Shown piece after piece: positions 1-13,200 of a stretch of DNA of 64,000 nt (within the stretch, counting starts at the first letter, position 1; every line of letters begins with the position of its first letter). The notes beneath the pieces were generated by a model. That model was not told the origin of the DNA and ran no database searches. It was given only the letters and a program-made list of their open reading frames with translations. The position numbers and the translations under genes are program-made. Source of the stretch: Balanoglossus misakiensis (lineage: Eukaryota > Animalia > Hemichordata); the NCBI GenBank assembly GCA_040954595.2, contig CM082577.2:7155846-7219845 (forward strand). Reading direction: 5' to 3'.

Positions 1-238
1 ATGCCCGTGTAGTATATACGTAATACGAGAGAAAATAGCTCGTATAAATGAAAACGGCAGACACCAACAAAGACGGCCCACAACAAAATCGACCTCGCTA
101 CGGACTGAAAGCACACCTTGGTATAAACCTTAGCTCAGTTCTTTGTCGATGTATTAATCTTTTACATTACACTTATGTGTTTTAGCTGCCGTAAATCATC
201 GCTGATCTGACCGCCTATTTGTAGGCCTATATCCGTAC

Positions 239-515
239 CTGAGCAATCGCTAACAATTATCGCTGCCAATCCGAGCAGTTTTCTTCTCGGTTGATTACAA
301 AGTCCTTCCCGTCGAACACCGTATATACTGGTACACAGTCGGTGACTGTGACTGGTAATGTGTACATCTTCATAAAATTTGCTTTCATCGCAGTCTTCCC
401 CCACGAGCGCGAGGCTTATTATCGTACACGGCAATGTTTGTTCTCTCTTCCGGGCCCAGCTTAGAAGCCGCCCGGTGTTCTGCGCGCGTCAGCTGCACTG
501 ACCCAGCCAATCCAC
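239..515 (-). promoter_or_regulatory. Candidate promoter and first exon of a minus-strand gene continuing off the left edge
   Basis: CpG-rich patch with CCAAT box (agCCAATc 505-512), ETS-like CCGGAAG on the minus strand (~446-452) and a minus-strand donor CAG|GTACGG (exon ends at 239). No transcript evidence available. Confidence 0.45.
257..388 (-). CDS. 43-aa small ORF/uORF inside the candidate first exon (MKANFMKMYTLPVTVTDCVPVYTVFDGKDFVINREENCSDWQR)
   Basis: Manual translation ATG(388) to TAA(257); stop lies 18 nt before the splice donor; no recognised family. Confidence 0.3.
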   Translation of the reverse strand: MKANFMKMYTLPVTVTDCVPVYTVFDGKDFVINREENCSDWQR

Positions 516-1333
516 CAAGAACGGTACACATTTATTTGTTAATCAAGTTCATACACTACACACATCCGTACAAAAAAGTGAATCAGACACTTGTTATACG
601 AATTACCCTAACATAAACACAGTTTTATTTGCTTAGTCTAATAATTACATGTAGTTCAACTATATAACAGTGGAAATTTCAACAGGGGCTGGAGACGCAT
701 CTTTCCAATGTTAGCTTCAAGTTGAATGGTGACTTGTGACAGATTGATCTGAAACAAAGATCGAGAAAAATATATCAGCATGACCTAATATCATAAAAAC
801 TTAGAGAATGTCCTCGATAAAAAAAAAAAATTATATGACGAAGCCATACAAGGACATTGTCCAACACTAGCCTTGCGTACAGTGATGTGCGTTCCCGGGC
901 AGCGTCACACATAGCCCGGCATTGTACAGCCTCCATCGTGTAATGACGGGAGGCCGCGTGAATTCTGGAACACAGGAGGGCTACAACATAGTTGTTACAG
1001 TGAGTAGCTTCAATGTAGGGGCCTACTTTTACCGGTAGTACACAGACAAGTGACGGACGAACCTCTCAACTGTCACAGACACTCACCTATCTGTTGTGGG
1101 CCGTACGGCTGTTTCTGTCGCTTGTGTTGTTGTCTCCAAACGCTGTTCAAAGCGATTGCGTGCTGCAGAGACTGGACATAAGTGCTTGACATCATGCGGT
1201 ACACAGCCTTCTCTCACAAAAAATCAGAAAGGCTTTCGGCACTGAAATTTCTGCTGTAAATTCGGAATTTGAATGGTGATCATAGTCTAAGAGTTATTCG
1301 TCATTCGCACATAATTATGGGATTTCTGAGCTC

Positions 1334-1422
1334 GTCGCGTTGGTGAGTCCCCCAGTCGCGTTGCTCGCGAGTCCCCAGTTGCGTTGCTAGAGAGGCCCCA
1401 GTCGCGTTGCCAAAGAGTCCCA
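1334..1422. repeat. Minisatellite, about 4 copies of a ~23-bp unit (GTCGCGTTGCnnnGAGTCCCCA-like)
   Basis: Units start at 1334, 1355, 1378 and 1401, head-to-tail with substitutions. Confidence 0.85.
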
Positions 1423-4400
1423 CACAAGGGCGCCCTCATACGTTCATATGTGACGAGCCTCGCCCTTTAAGAAAATACTTCGGGGTGGGGGCATAGATTT
1501 TTTTACATGAAAATTGGGGGTGGGGGCTTCATCAAGTATTTTGCGGGGGGGGGGGGTATGCTTCAATGTGATTTGTCCTATCCTGGCACTATCTACAAAA
1601 CTTTCTTTCACTGTCTCTATTAATACTTTCACTAGAATTTCATATTGTCAGTTTATGACCAATCTGTGATTTCAGTTGTAGGTTCTATAAATTTAATTCC
1701 CCATTGCTGTGTATAAATACTGGGTATTAGACCTATGAATTTTGGATGATTATGATGGCAGTTATCTGGTATTAGCTTGAATATGCACAGCTGTTATTTG
1801 AAGTTGTTTTTTTCCTTTTAGTGTACTGTAGTTTGGCAACTGATGTTTATCAAAATGTTAATTTGATATCAACTGTGACTGATCACTTGTGTTGGGATTG
1901 ATTCTGCAATGCAGTGCATTCACAGTAGCTGATGTGATGCAAACATGTTGCTCAATGCAATGAGATAATTCTTGAGATGTGTGGGATCTGTACTGCCTTT
2001 TAAAACTTTTCAAGATTTGACCTCAAGAGTAATTTCAACCAGTCATAGACCTCACATATCTGGTTTTCTGCACTTTTTTTTATCTGTCTCAACCTGATAA
2101 TTTCAACTCTCTATGGGAGCCTTCAGTATTTACTGAAAGCTGGTGGAATGTAGTACAAGAGGGATGATAAATATTATTGAAATCCTCAATTTCAGACATT
2201 TTCCCTTTTCAGAAAAATTTAGCAAATACACAATATCAGACAACCAATTTGAACATTGAAAATGCATGCAATGAACATATTTAGTGTTTTGGATACATGG
2301 GCCAATGTCTCTGCTATGAGTTCGATTTGAAATGTGTTTACGTGACTATCCTTTTTCGTTTCAACTGTAGCACTTGGTTAATGGCTTCTCCTTGAATGGT
2401 TGAGTGTTGGTGGCGGTGCTCATATACAGACAACTAGTGCTTGTTTTGATAAGGTCTCCCACAATCCGCTTTTAACCTAGCGATATTCCCATGCTTTCGT
2501 ATAAAGCGTGAGCACAACTAGCTAGTACATTACACTTGTACACCTTGACTAGCTGTGATATGTACATGTACCATATCTTGTTGATGGGAGCTAGGACACT
2601 TTAGCAGAAAGACCCATTGCTGTGTAGCGCCCGCAGGTGACGAATTAAAACCGTGAATATCTCTGTCTAGAGAGGCAAATCTTGCTTTGTCCAGATATTT
2701 CATCAAGCGTGCCCTCACTCATAAGATCTGAGAACACACACACAAATGTGTGTAAATGCATTCAGAGCCATTTTCATTGCTCCAGTGCATCAATTATAGC
2801 TGTACCGTTCAGTGCTATCAACCAGCATTGCTATCATCTAAGAACTATTGTTTGATAGTTCTGAGTGAGAAAATATTATAACGCCATAATTTGTAAGTAC
2901 TGAAAATGCTAGTCAGAACATGGGGGAGGGGGGGGGGTTTGCAGGAAATCCATTTTGCATGTGGATTTCTACACAAGATGCTCCATTTTTTGCAGTTTTA
3001 TTTTCTTTCCCATAAAGATTGTTTGTTGATCCATTAGTATGGTTAAGGGGAGGGGGATACCCTTCTACTGCCTCTGCTTCAGTTGAACGTTCTCTATCTG
3101 TATTTACTGTGTGATCAACATCGTATCAGTGCCTAATCCAGATTGCAAAAAAAAACATTTAAAGCAATAACCACTTTACGTGGAAATAAACATTGACATA
3201 CCTGCAAACCGCTATCCTCATGTAGGTACCCCCTACCACGCTCACAACAATATTCTGATAAATTTTGGGTATAAAATCTTTTCTTATAGCTTTGGCTATA
3301 CCAAAAACAGACTGTGATTATTCAACATAATTGATATTCTATCACAGAATAATTTTGTTCGATAGTTCTTACTCTTCCGGCTTATACTAGAGAAACTGAA
3401 CAGGGAAATGCTGAATTTATCAACAATCTCATTTGGCAAGGCATACATTCCTCCACCGCCATCTTCAAGGCAAGATATTGTAGACATTTCTGATGAAGGA
3501 ATCCATCCTTCAGCAAGGCCCCCAAACTTTTAATATTACAGTTTTGATTTAATTAAATTCACATAATAATTTCGGTTTGTGCTGAAGGTAACGTGTATAC
3601 TTGTATGCGATTTCTGGGCCGCTTTAATTTAAACCACCATTCATTTTGCCACATCTGTGTATGAGGCAAACAGGCAACATTGATTGAGGTCTTTTTTTAT
3701 TCATCTGAATGTTGCTCGAATAAAATCAGTCCCAACGCCTGACCTATTGTCCTAGCCATCACAAAATCTAGAGGCGATACTGGAACTCAATCTAGTCCAA
3801 ATCACTCTTATTTTAATTATTAACATCAAAACTTTCCATGTATCTGTGTTTATTCACTTGTGTTAATGGTCCTGATGTGAGTCACTTTACTTAATTGAAT
3901 TTTATCTATACGAGAAACAAAAAGATATGATCAATGATTGTTTTGGAATTAGCAGGCTAAGCCTATAGCTAGTAATTGGATTAAACCATGGCTTGACATA
4001 GGGTGTTTGTGAACTTATCACCCGATGTCATATGTCATGTCTTCTGGGATGATGAAGTCACCTAGTATACCTATTTTTTATTCATTGGCCATGTCCTTAT
4101 GGATAGCTGCATTAAATGAGCAATTCCACAGTACACGAACGTGCAGAATCCCAGGGTCAGCAAAAAAACCCACTAAGTTTGCATCTTAAATCATATGGTC
4201 AATACTGTCACTGTCACAAGTAAGTCGTTTCAACAGAAGTAGTACGGTGTGCCCTGCCTGATAAAACCCATACCCTGTGTGCACTAACTGTTCTGTCACG
4301 GTCATCATGTTTGCTGCAGAATAGTCATTTTGTGATCTGAAATACGTGTGCACTGATGGGAAGGCCCATGTAGAAGTGTGTGCCAGGCCAAAAAGTTGAA

Positions 4401-7400
4401 ATATCTATCCAGGCCATTTTAAAAGACCACTAATTTCATCAAATTTGTAGCGAAAGCTGCCAACATAAAGCTGTCCGACTCGAAGCCCCCTTTAATATAG
4501 ATGTGAATTGACCAGATCTCTGCCTACTCTGCTTATCAATAGAGTAACAACACAGCAGATGTAACAATTGACTACAGGAGCACGTGCCCAGATTAATATA
4601 TCAAAGAATTACCAATAGGTGGAGTGTTAACATTACAATCATGTCCATGTAGAGGGCCTGGGTGGGGATGAATTTCTGCAATCATGATAAAACTACATGT
4701 ATATAAAAAGGAAATTACACTGAATGTTGCACGCAGATCGTTTCTTTGAGTACCCGTTAAATTTACAAGTGGACGGCCTAGCTGCAACGAATTCAGATGA
4801 GGATTTTTCATCCAAATGGAAGATTCTCATGATCCGACTTGAGTAGGAAAATTCCAAGCCACTAGGGATGGTAAAAAAATTAGAATTCAGTTCGTTGCAA
4901 TCACCGAGGGAATGCCGAACAAAATAACCAGAGTATCAGTATGGCAGAAACACTATGAAGAATAAACCGCTTTTCTGAGTAGCAGATGGGTCTTATGTAC
5001 ACTCTAGTGTGAATTTCACAGTGAAAAAATGTTTATTTTGTGTGTGTTTCATGTAGTTCTTCTTCAATAGTACACATAAAGTCATTGCGGGAAAGAGAAA
5101 GACTTTACATGTCTGGAAAGCTTACCATAAATATTTACATGTTGCTGCCATTCAATAGCCCAAGCATAATATTTACAATGTCTTTTTCAGTGACATTTTA
5201 TTCACATTAAGTGTCTCTTTGCAAAATCAGATTGACAGCTATTTGGGTCGTGTAAGTCAGTGTCTGCTAACTATCAAAAGCCTGATAATACCTTTTAAGT
5301 GCAGTGCAGTCACTGGTATTTTTGAGAAGGTATTTTGAATGCAATTCCAGAAATTGCGGTATACGTTGACTCAATTGAAAATACAGATGATGGGTTTGTT
5401 ACAAGTCTTTCCTCAAGCACTTTTTGGTGAATCTGTGATCATATCTATACATGTGGATGATAATTTGGGCAGTATATTTTATAGGCAGTGTATTTTTCCA
5501 CTCGAGTGACAATAGCAAACGGAGTTCGATGACTCGTAGTTCTATAGGTATCGCAATTCTGAGAAGTGCATCGTTGTGGTCTGACTAAGAAATGCAGTTG
5601 TATTGTCTGGTAAAAGTGCTGATATCACGCAACATTTCTTCTATACAACCACTTTCTGTCTGTCTGTAAGTCAACATGTCTCGAAAACGACTTAACGGCA
5701 ACAGTAAAACCGATAAACCTATTTCTCGTATTTTTACGAGTTTTTGCCGGCGTATTCTGTTGCTCGAATGCCCTACGAAGGACGTATCTCAAAATTACAA
5801 AATATATTTTTAAAAAATTTAAATGTGTAATTAACGGAACAATATCTTATGATAATAAGACAACATAACAGGTAATCCGAGAGTTTAACGAAAATCAGTT
5901 GAACGACTTACGCAATCTGTTGAATGAATGGTGACAACATAATGATAAAACAAAGAAAAGGGGCAGATGAATACATATAACCTCTTATAATATCATGTTC
6001 ACACACGTCACCCTGTCTGCACCATGCGACGCGTGATGAATCTCTGATTGTTTGCGTGGCTCTCGGTTTCACCGAAAGCCAATTGGGAAATAAACGATTC
6101 AGACTGGATGAGAAGAGCAAGCATGATGCACTAGTAAGTGAGGGTATATTGGACGAGATTATATGACTTGGGTTTCGGATTTGGATTGGTGGTGGCCATC
6201 TGTCAGGCTCCTGCTATAGCTGTTATCGCTCCGGGTATGCACTCGTTATCCAACCCTTCATCAAATACGCATTTAATGGTGTCCCCGAGAGCAGTCACCC
6301 CGCGTGGCCTTCGACGTGCGCGCCCGGGAGTGGTGTTCTTTTCGTGCGCTACACGCGGTAGGGGCAAAGATAAGTACCGAAGTGTTCGCAAAAAAATAGC
6401 CGCATGCATGCTGATAGCTTTGGGCCAATTGAGGGTCGTATAGGACTGCCTATTAATTGAAATTCAGATGCATGAGACGTTCTTCTCTGATTACAACTGA
6501 AGGACCAGTTAATGGATATTGTATCACTTGTATCAGAGGTATGGAGCAAATAAAATGGTGCAGCTGGGTGATAGTACCCGTCTTTAAAGTTCCTGTGTCG
6601 TTGCAGCATATGCCTGTCTGTCTGTCAATTTATGGCCAACCTGTTTGAAAGTATCTGACAGACAATCATTTCACTGAATTTCAGAGATAAATTGTTTATA
6701 GTAATGTTTAATATTGCTTAATTTAAGGTTAGTTATACTTATTGCGTTCCCAAATTTAATCCCATGCAGCTGTACTTTTAGAGGACTCTTGTCAGTGCCA
6801 TAGCCAAATTTCCAAAAAAGGATTGTTCTTGTTCAGGTATACAGCTGCACTAGTTTCCTTGAGTGAAAGTTTCAATGTGATAACTCCATTCACATCGCCG
6901 AAGTTTCATTCTTGATTCACCGATGTCTTGCTACTACCAGCGTGTGTCTTTTTTGAGGCCATAAAGACGACCTCTTTGAATGTTAATTGGCACCTCGGGC
7001 GAGCCCCTCAAGTTGACATGTAACGGGGTTAGCCCAGAACGAGAGGGCCTTTGCATCATCACACGCATATACTCTTGTTCCGGTCAAATTACCCATCTGG
7101 GACCAGCCACGTAGGTGTTTAATGACAATCAAGCAGCAAAGCTACTTCCAGCGACTCTAGTGCTGGCCGTCTTGCTTGTAGTGTTAGATTGAAATCGAAA
7201 TAGATTCGGGGACTTTTCTGAGAAAGAATCTTCCACTGCACTCAGGCGTATAATGTTAATCAGGATTTATGTGCAGATGGGGCTTCTCAGAAAGGCCTTC
7301 AAATAGGCTAACGAGTGGTGTGTGAATAGCCCACCTTTTTAAACCCCAGTGCATTACAACATGTTCTGCTGCCGACATATTCTACTGATCGGCAGCAGTA

Positions 7401-10107
7401 ATTTCGTGTAACCTGGTGAAGTAATTCTTAATGGCAGCATTGTTGACCACAATTTTATGACTTCTTGGAAAAATGAAAGATGAAGATTGACGTATTATCA
7501 CTGTCATTCACGATAGACCGTATTTCATACATATTCAAAAACCACAAATACTTGGCACTTTGCTTTTATACGTAGCTAGACATTCGCAACTATAGTGAGC
7601 AAAATGTTTACCGCAATCGTGTGAGTGAAAGTGAATGCACTCAGCCAACATGTGCATGTTAAACTATAGCTTGTAGCACTCTCACTACCCCAACTATAAG
7701 CTTTATAGCTAATCGTTTAGTTGGCACAATGAGAACAGAAAGACGTGGAAAGAATTAATAAGAGGGGATCATTAATCTTTCATGTGTCACTATACTTTGG
7801 AGCAACGGTAAGGGAGGGGCAGTATTTTTTTTTCATAAAAAATATGACCAAAATGTTTTAACCGTCACAAACCTCAATATAAGGTTCTATCTGATACCGG
7901 TGGGAGTTTATAGGATCTGTTGGCGTCTGTCTGTCTGCGATTCGAACCCAGACTAACATGTATACCGCACCAATTCACATATCATGCATATTGCAAGCAG
8001 AAGTTTATTTGCTGGGTCTACAATAGGGTGTCCATATCATAATTTTTAGAGCAATTATGTTGCAATGCTTGGAAATACCCTCTATTACAGAATCTCAGAA
8101 ATTCCAAATCTGATTTATTTAAATTTGGATTGCAAGGCACCACGTTTTGACGAATATGTTATATTTAGCCTTCTTGTTCTCTGGCCAGTTGATGCGGTTG
8201 CGTCATCGTTGCCGCATCACTTTACGAAAAATCAAGCCTCCATTGTCAATTTTGAAGTGAAATTAATGAGGGATTTCGTCACCCGTGCAAATAGCAGCAC
8301 AGCTAGGGCAAAGAGACCATGCAGTTCTGTCACATGACCAACAGCCAAGGTGACCGAAACATCCAACATGGCAAACTAATCACCCCCATCCCCGGATGAT
8401 GTCGCACTAGGGGAGTGTTTTCTGTTTATGTTTAAGCACCTACAACAGCGATGTTGTACTAATTAGAATACATTGATGCTAGCAATGTGCGCATAATGTG
8501 GTGGCTGCCCCTTTAAGAATTGCCTGATATAATCATTGTGTGGCGCCCCCAACATAATTTGGACTTAGACCTCGCAAGTTTTAAAAGTATAAATTTACAA
8601 CTTACTGTGCTCATTCCCACAAAGACATCAGTTGTCGAGAAGTGTCATTTGTTTCTAGACTTCGACTTTTATGACGTGCGTCATCATGGCCCTCATTAAC
8701 TATTTTTAGAAGTCCAGAGACTCTCAAACCACAGATCTGAAGACCACTTTCATTTATTTTACCTCAGTAGTTCCGTATATACCAAATTAAATGGACGGTG
8801 ATGATGTCGGGATGTGTCTTCTCCATAGTCTCCCCCATTAAGCCATCTTCCTCTCCGACAATCTGAAGACTGCTAATCGGCCGCCATCTTCACATTGTTT
8901 CAACCTGCCTCGTAAACACACGGCAGCGTCTCGTCTCCAAGAGCCAAATTACTCGCTTTAATGACCGGGCTGGAGACTTCACGTTGTTTACCAGTCGAAT
9001 TGACATCAGTTGCCATGGAAATAACGTGCTTAGTAATCGCGCCTGTGTAGATTGTTTGAGAACTGATGACATAACCGAGGGGGAGAGGTACTTGAAATAA
9101 TGATACCCCAAGGTTTTTTTGAACGAGGTAATTCCGGGGCGAAATCAGGAAAAAGGAGAACCGATATCCGAAGGGTTAGAACAAAGAATATTTTTCACGC
9201 ATTGTAGAACAGGAAGACATCTGTAACCTGTCTCCAAGTACATGTATGTACACAGATTTGTAATAACAGAGACGTTAAAAAGTTTGAGCTTAATTATAAT
9301 TTGCCAAGAGTGTACAAGTATCACTCCAGAACTGTATCCGAGCAGAAGGCCGGGCATCATTAGTAACTTCCCTGACCCAAGGCAAGTCCAGGGGGGCTGG
9401 TGAGATTTTTCGGTATACGAGAGACAAACAAGCTCAATTTTCGTCGGGATTCGTGACCATGTTTGATATTGGGGTGCACCATGAAAGCCGGTCCGATGAG
9501 GATGAAGGTCCATATCGACCTTGGAGGCGTAGAACAATCAGCTGCATATCCTCTTTGGATGCGGTAATCACTGTGGTTTCAGGCGATTGCGTGGACCGAC
9601 CTCGGCACACACCAGCCATCCTAATTATACCTCGGAAGAAAACGTTAATTTCAGCCATCCCAGGCACATTTCCTTGATTTCGTATACCGGATGAATACAT
9701 CGCAGTATAGCAATGCCATCATCATTGTTTAAGTCTAATAGACTCATTAGTAGTGAGGCAGACGAACAGGAACATTAATGAACAGTAATTACCTAGATGA
9801 AGAGCTATATGTTAAGGCCCATCAGAAAATCATGCGCTAATAATTGACACTTACACGATAGTGATATGCTTTTTTTAAAGGGGAGACGTAATACTTTTAT
9901 GTAATCATAATCTAGATGAAAAGTAAGAACAGCATACTAAGGAATAAATTTAAAACGTTTTTGTTTTCCTTGAAGTGGGAAACATGTGCTGGTTTACAGG
10001 CTTGTGGAAAAACAACTGTAGTCTTATCACAAGGGAGGGGATAATGCAATTCTGTCTGAGTTGAGATACCAGAAGAGTTCTTTTTGGAAATCCATATTTG
10101 TTTTGAA

Positions 10108-10160
10108 CTCTCTCTGTCTCACTCTCTCCTTTCTCCCCCCCCCCTCTCTCTCTCTCTCTC
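10108..10160. repeat. (CT)n/poly-C pyrimidine tract
   Basis: ctctctctgtctcactctctcctttctcccccccccctctctctctctctctc. Confidence 0.9.
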
Positions 10161-11635
10161 ATGCACAGGTGCCTTAAGTGAAACGCAAGTATCATTGAGT
10201 TGACAGCAGATTGAAACGCGAGCTTTCCGCTAAAGTCTCGCTGAGACATGATGAGATGAAACGTGTAACGTTGATTGCAGTGACAGACTACTCAACCGGC
10301 AATAAAGCAGTAATTAGCGTCAAAGCAGAGACTGAAGGAAGAAAAACAAGAAGTCTTAACTTCAGTTCTAAATACCCTGACTGGGCATAAATCTTGGGAT
10401 AATGCACGTAAATACCTGTTAAGTCCAAGATATACTGTGTAGCATTAAAACGCAATTAACATGCAACACACAACAGGAATGTCATGAATACATGCCGAAG
10501 ACGTAATTCTAATCAGGATAAATTTCACAGTTTGCCCCCCATTTTATTATGCGGGAAGCGTTTAACCTACGGACATTCGTCAATCACGCGACGACACGCG
10601 TCTCATGCAAGTTAATGTTTATCCTGCCCATTGAACGGAAATTGCTGTTGTTGCGTGAACAACATCAAGAAATTGCATCTTAAGATCCGCTGGTAAATAT
10701 GACTTTATTATCTGTGCAGAAAAAAATAAACGGATTCAATACCTGCTTTTCACATAAACCTACATCTCTGACTACTGTCACCCCATATAACTGACAAAAC
10801 TGCGTTCGTTGATTAGAAGTACAGGACAAACGTGGGTGGCAGGAATAGAGAGTAAAAGCTTTATAACCACTTGAAGTCGTGTACTGGTGATTGCAAAAAC
10901 ACGCTGACAAAGTCTCTTTCAAAGCTCGGACAAACTTGTTGAATAGTTATTGAAAAAGGCTCTCGTCTTGAAACTTAACATGCAAAATTGATTCATCGGA
11001 TATTGAAAAGCCTCACCATGACAATTCATCTGATGTTTTGTATTGTCAACACATTTTCAATTTACTTTGCCTTATATGAATGATTAAATTACTAGACTTG
11101 CGACCTTTTTTTCAAAATAATATTTGCGGTTATTGCTTATACATGTATTCGTAGTGATAATTTATCTCATACTGTTATTTTCAGGGCATGTTTAATCTCT
11201 TTATTTCACCACAACAGTAAATAAAGTTTTACGTATCAGAAAAAACGTGTGGATTGGCAGTTGGAATTGTGTGGACTATGAGAATAAGTCGATAGAACCT
11301 TTCTGACACCCCCAAAACCTGACAACTGCATTTTTTATCTTGGGGATACCATACATATACATTGTATGTACTGAGAGAAAGTTGGGACAATTCTCCTTCA
11401 GCCATAAACATGCTTTGTTCTCGCGACAGCAGTCTGTGAGATATGAGAGACTTTTCTGGTTGAAGCAATTTTACATCTTAGCGGCATCCGATTACTTGTC
11501 GAGAGGAAAGTGGCGTTGCTCATCGACGCTTGTTTTTTTTTCTAATGCTCATCAAAATGCCAGATGAACTGAGTAAGAAAAACTGAAGAGAATGAGAGTC
11601 ATGTGTGTAACTGATGGCAGGAGATAAACAGATGG

Positions 11636-11695
11636 ATATATATATATATATGTATACGGAGAGAAATATGAAGGAAGGAAGGGAGGGAGAGAGAC
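11636..11695. repeat. (TA)n plus GGAA/GA-rich low-complexity tract
   Basis: atatatatatatata followed by gaaggaaggaagggagggagagagac. Confidence 0.85.
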
Positions 11696-13025
11696 CGATA
11701 TATTCAGAATCAGACACAGATAGAGGAAGGGGTGGAAACATAGAGGTTTGATCATAACACACGCACAGGACAATTGTTCAATGTGCTAATTGCTCCAATA
11801 CGAGAGTTTGCTGGACAACAGAACCTGTTGCTATTTCTAATCAATTCTGGAACGACTAGTTTCAGTGGCCTGGATGAAGTTACAAGGTGCTGACTGTGAG
11901 CCCGTAAAAACAGGAATCACTTCAGTGGCCATCGTTCGTCAACGCCCAGGGTTGTTTTCACTTTTTGGTTATCTCGACAGATTTTATCTAATGAGAGAAC
12001 GGATTGCATATCTGTCTGCATTCATCTCTGCCCCTAAAGCAACGGATATGCGCAGGTGGATGGGGTACAAATATTGATTCAGGGTGTTCGAAAAATGGTG
12101 CTCTGCGTTGGGTAGTTTTTAGCATTATCAACTGGTGCAAGGAAAACATTGTTTTGCAGTGTGGGCATAGCATACACAATTGTAGACGTATATATAAGAA
12201 ACTCATACATGTATAAACTTAACTAAAAAGAAGAGTTATAGGTTATATTGCATCATTCTGAAAACTTCGACCTCTTATAATATTTTGAACACGATAGCAC
12301 ATCATTGTCTAACCTGATACTGACTTTATATATAATTGCCTGTCAAAGTAATATTTTTCCTTCTGCGGTTCCAAGTCGCAAGAGAATTGTACAAGCATAG
12401 CAGGTATTGTATAAGAAGATATAAATAACTCGGCGCACCTTGCAGTCGAAACCATCATTTCTTCCATCAATATTTTATCACAAAGTGATGTCTCGAATTT
12501 TCGTCTTGAGACGTTTTTCATTCTTTGAATGGTTCGATTGGCACAAAACGGCCTCTTTTCCTTCGAAATCGGTTGTCAAGGATACCAGACACGCCGTAAT
12601 TCAAGTACCGTCATATCTGTGTCTGCATCACCTATTGGCATCAATTCAGCTACAGATACAAACAAAGGGGGAAATATGCTCGTCTCGACATAAACCTGAT
12701 TTCTCTTGCATTCCATTATATTGGGTGCCTGACTGCTGGGAGATTTGGTGCTGTAAGTTGTGGGGTTGAGCCCAACTGGATACCCGCATATCAATTGCAG
12801 TATGTCATGCACAGAGTTTTATCAATGGATTACCTTTAAGATACATTTTTGTAAGGTTCCTATTTCAACACCAACACTGGGACAAGATAATTGTCTTTGC
12901 TTTGGAGTCATTTTGAAAACGACCCCCAAAACTAATCTCAGATACTGCAACAATAATGAGGTTAAACAATAACATGGTTTCAGATAATGCACAGTTTGTC
13001 TACGCCCCTTTGAAATGAAAACTAG

Positions 13026-13200
13026 TGCGCACGCGCGCATGAAGTTGCAATAGGCTGTTATAAGCTGCGGGAGACAGCAAGGCGGGTACTTTCAACGGCC
13101 GTCAGAAGCGTCGAATGGGGATACCGACATAGGCAGAACGTATGTGCATCTCACAGTCTCTTGTGCTCGTACACTAGTTCCACATCTATAATTGGTGAGT
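13026..13200 (+). promoter_or_regulatory. Candidate promoter and non-coding first exon
   Basis: NRF1-like TGCGCACGCGC (13026-13036), TATAAG (13059-13064), GC-richer body, consensus donor TTG|GTGAGT (13195-13200). Confidence 0.35.

Noticed and set aside
1334-1422. Possible CRISPR-like array
   Set aside because: Units are head-to-tail with no unique spacers, the context is eukaryotic and no cas genes are present.
3380-3533. + strand frame ending ...DEGIHPSARPPNF, reminiscent of an SGNH hydrolase DxxH block
   Set aside because: Short, interrupted by stops upstream, and no other SGNH blocks seen.
7890-8100. (CTGT)n-containing segment resembling Helentron/DINE-type elements, with a B-box-like GTTCGAATC on the minus strand
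   Set aside because: No cloverleaf for a tRNA and element ends could not be defined from sequence alone.
9145-9720. GC-richer block with several 74-130 aa ORFs
   Set aside because: No consistent frame, motif or splice structure; may be a decayed TE or non-coding exon.
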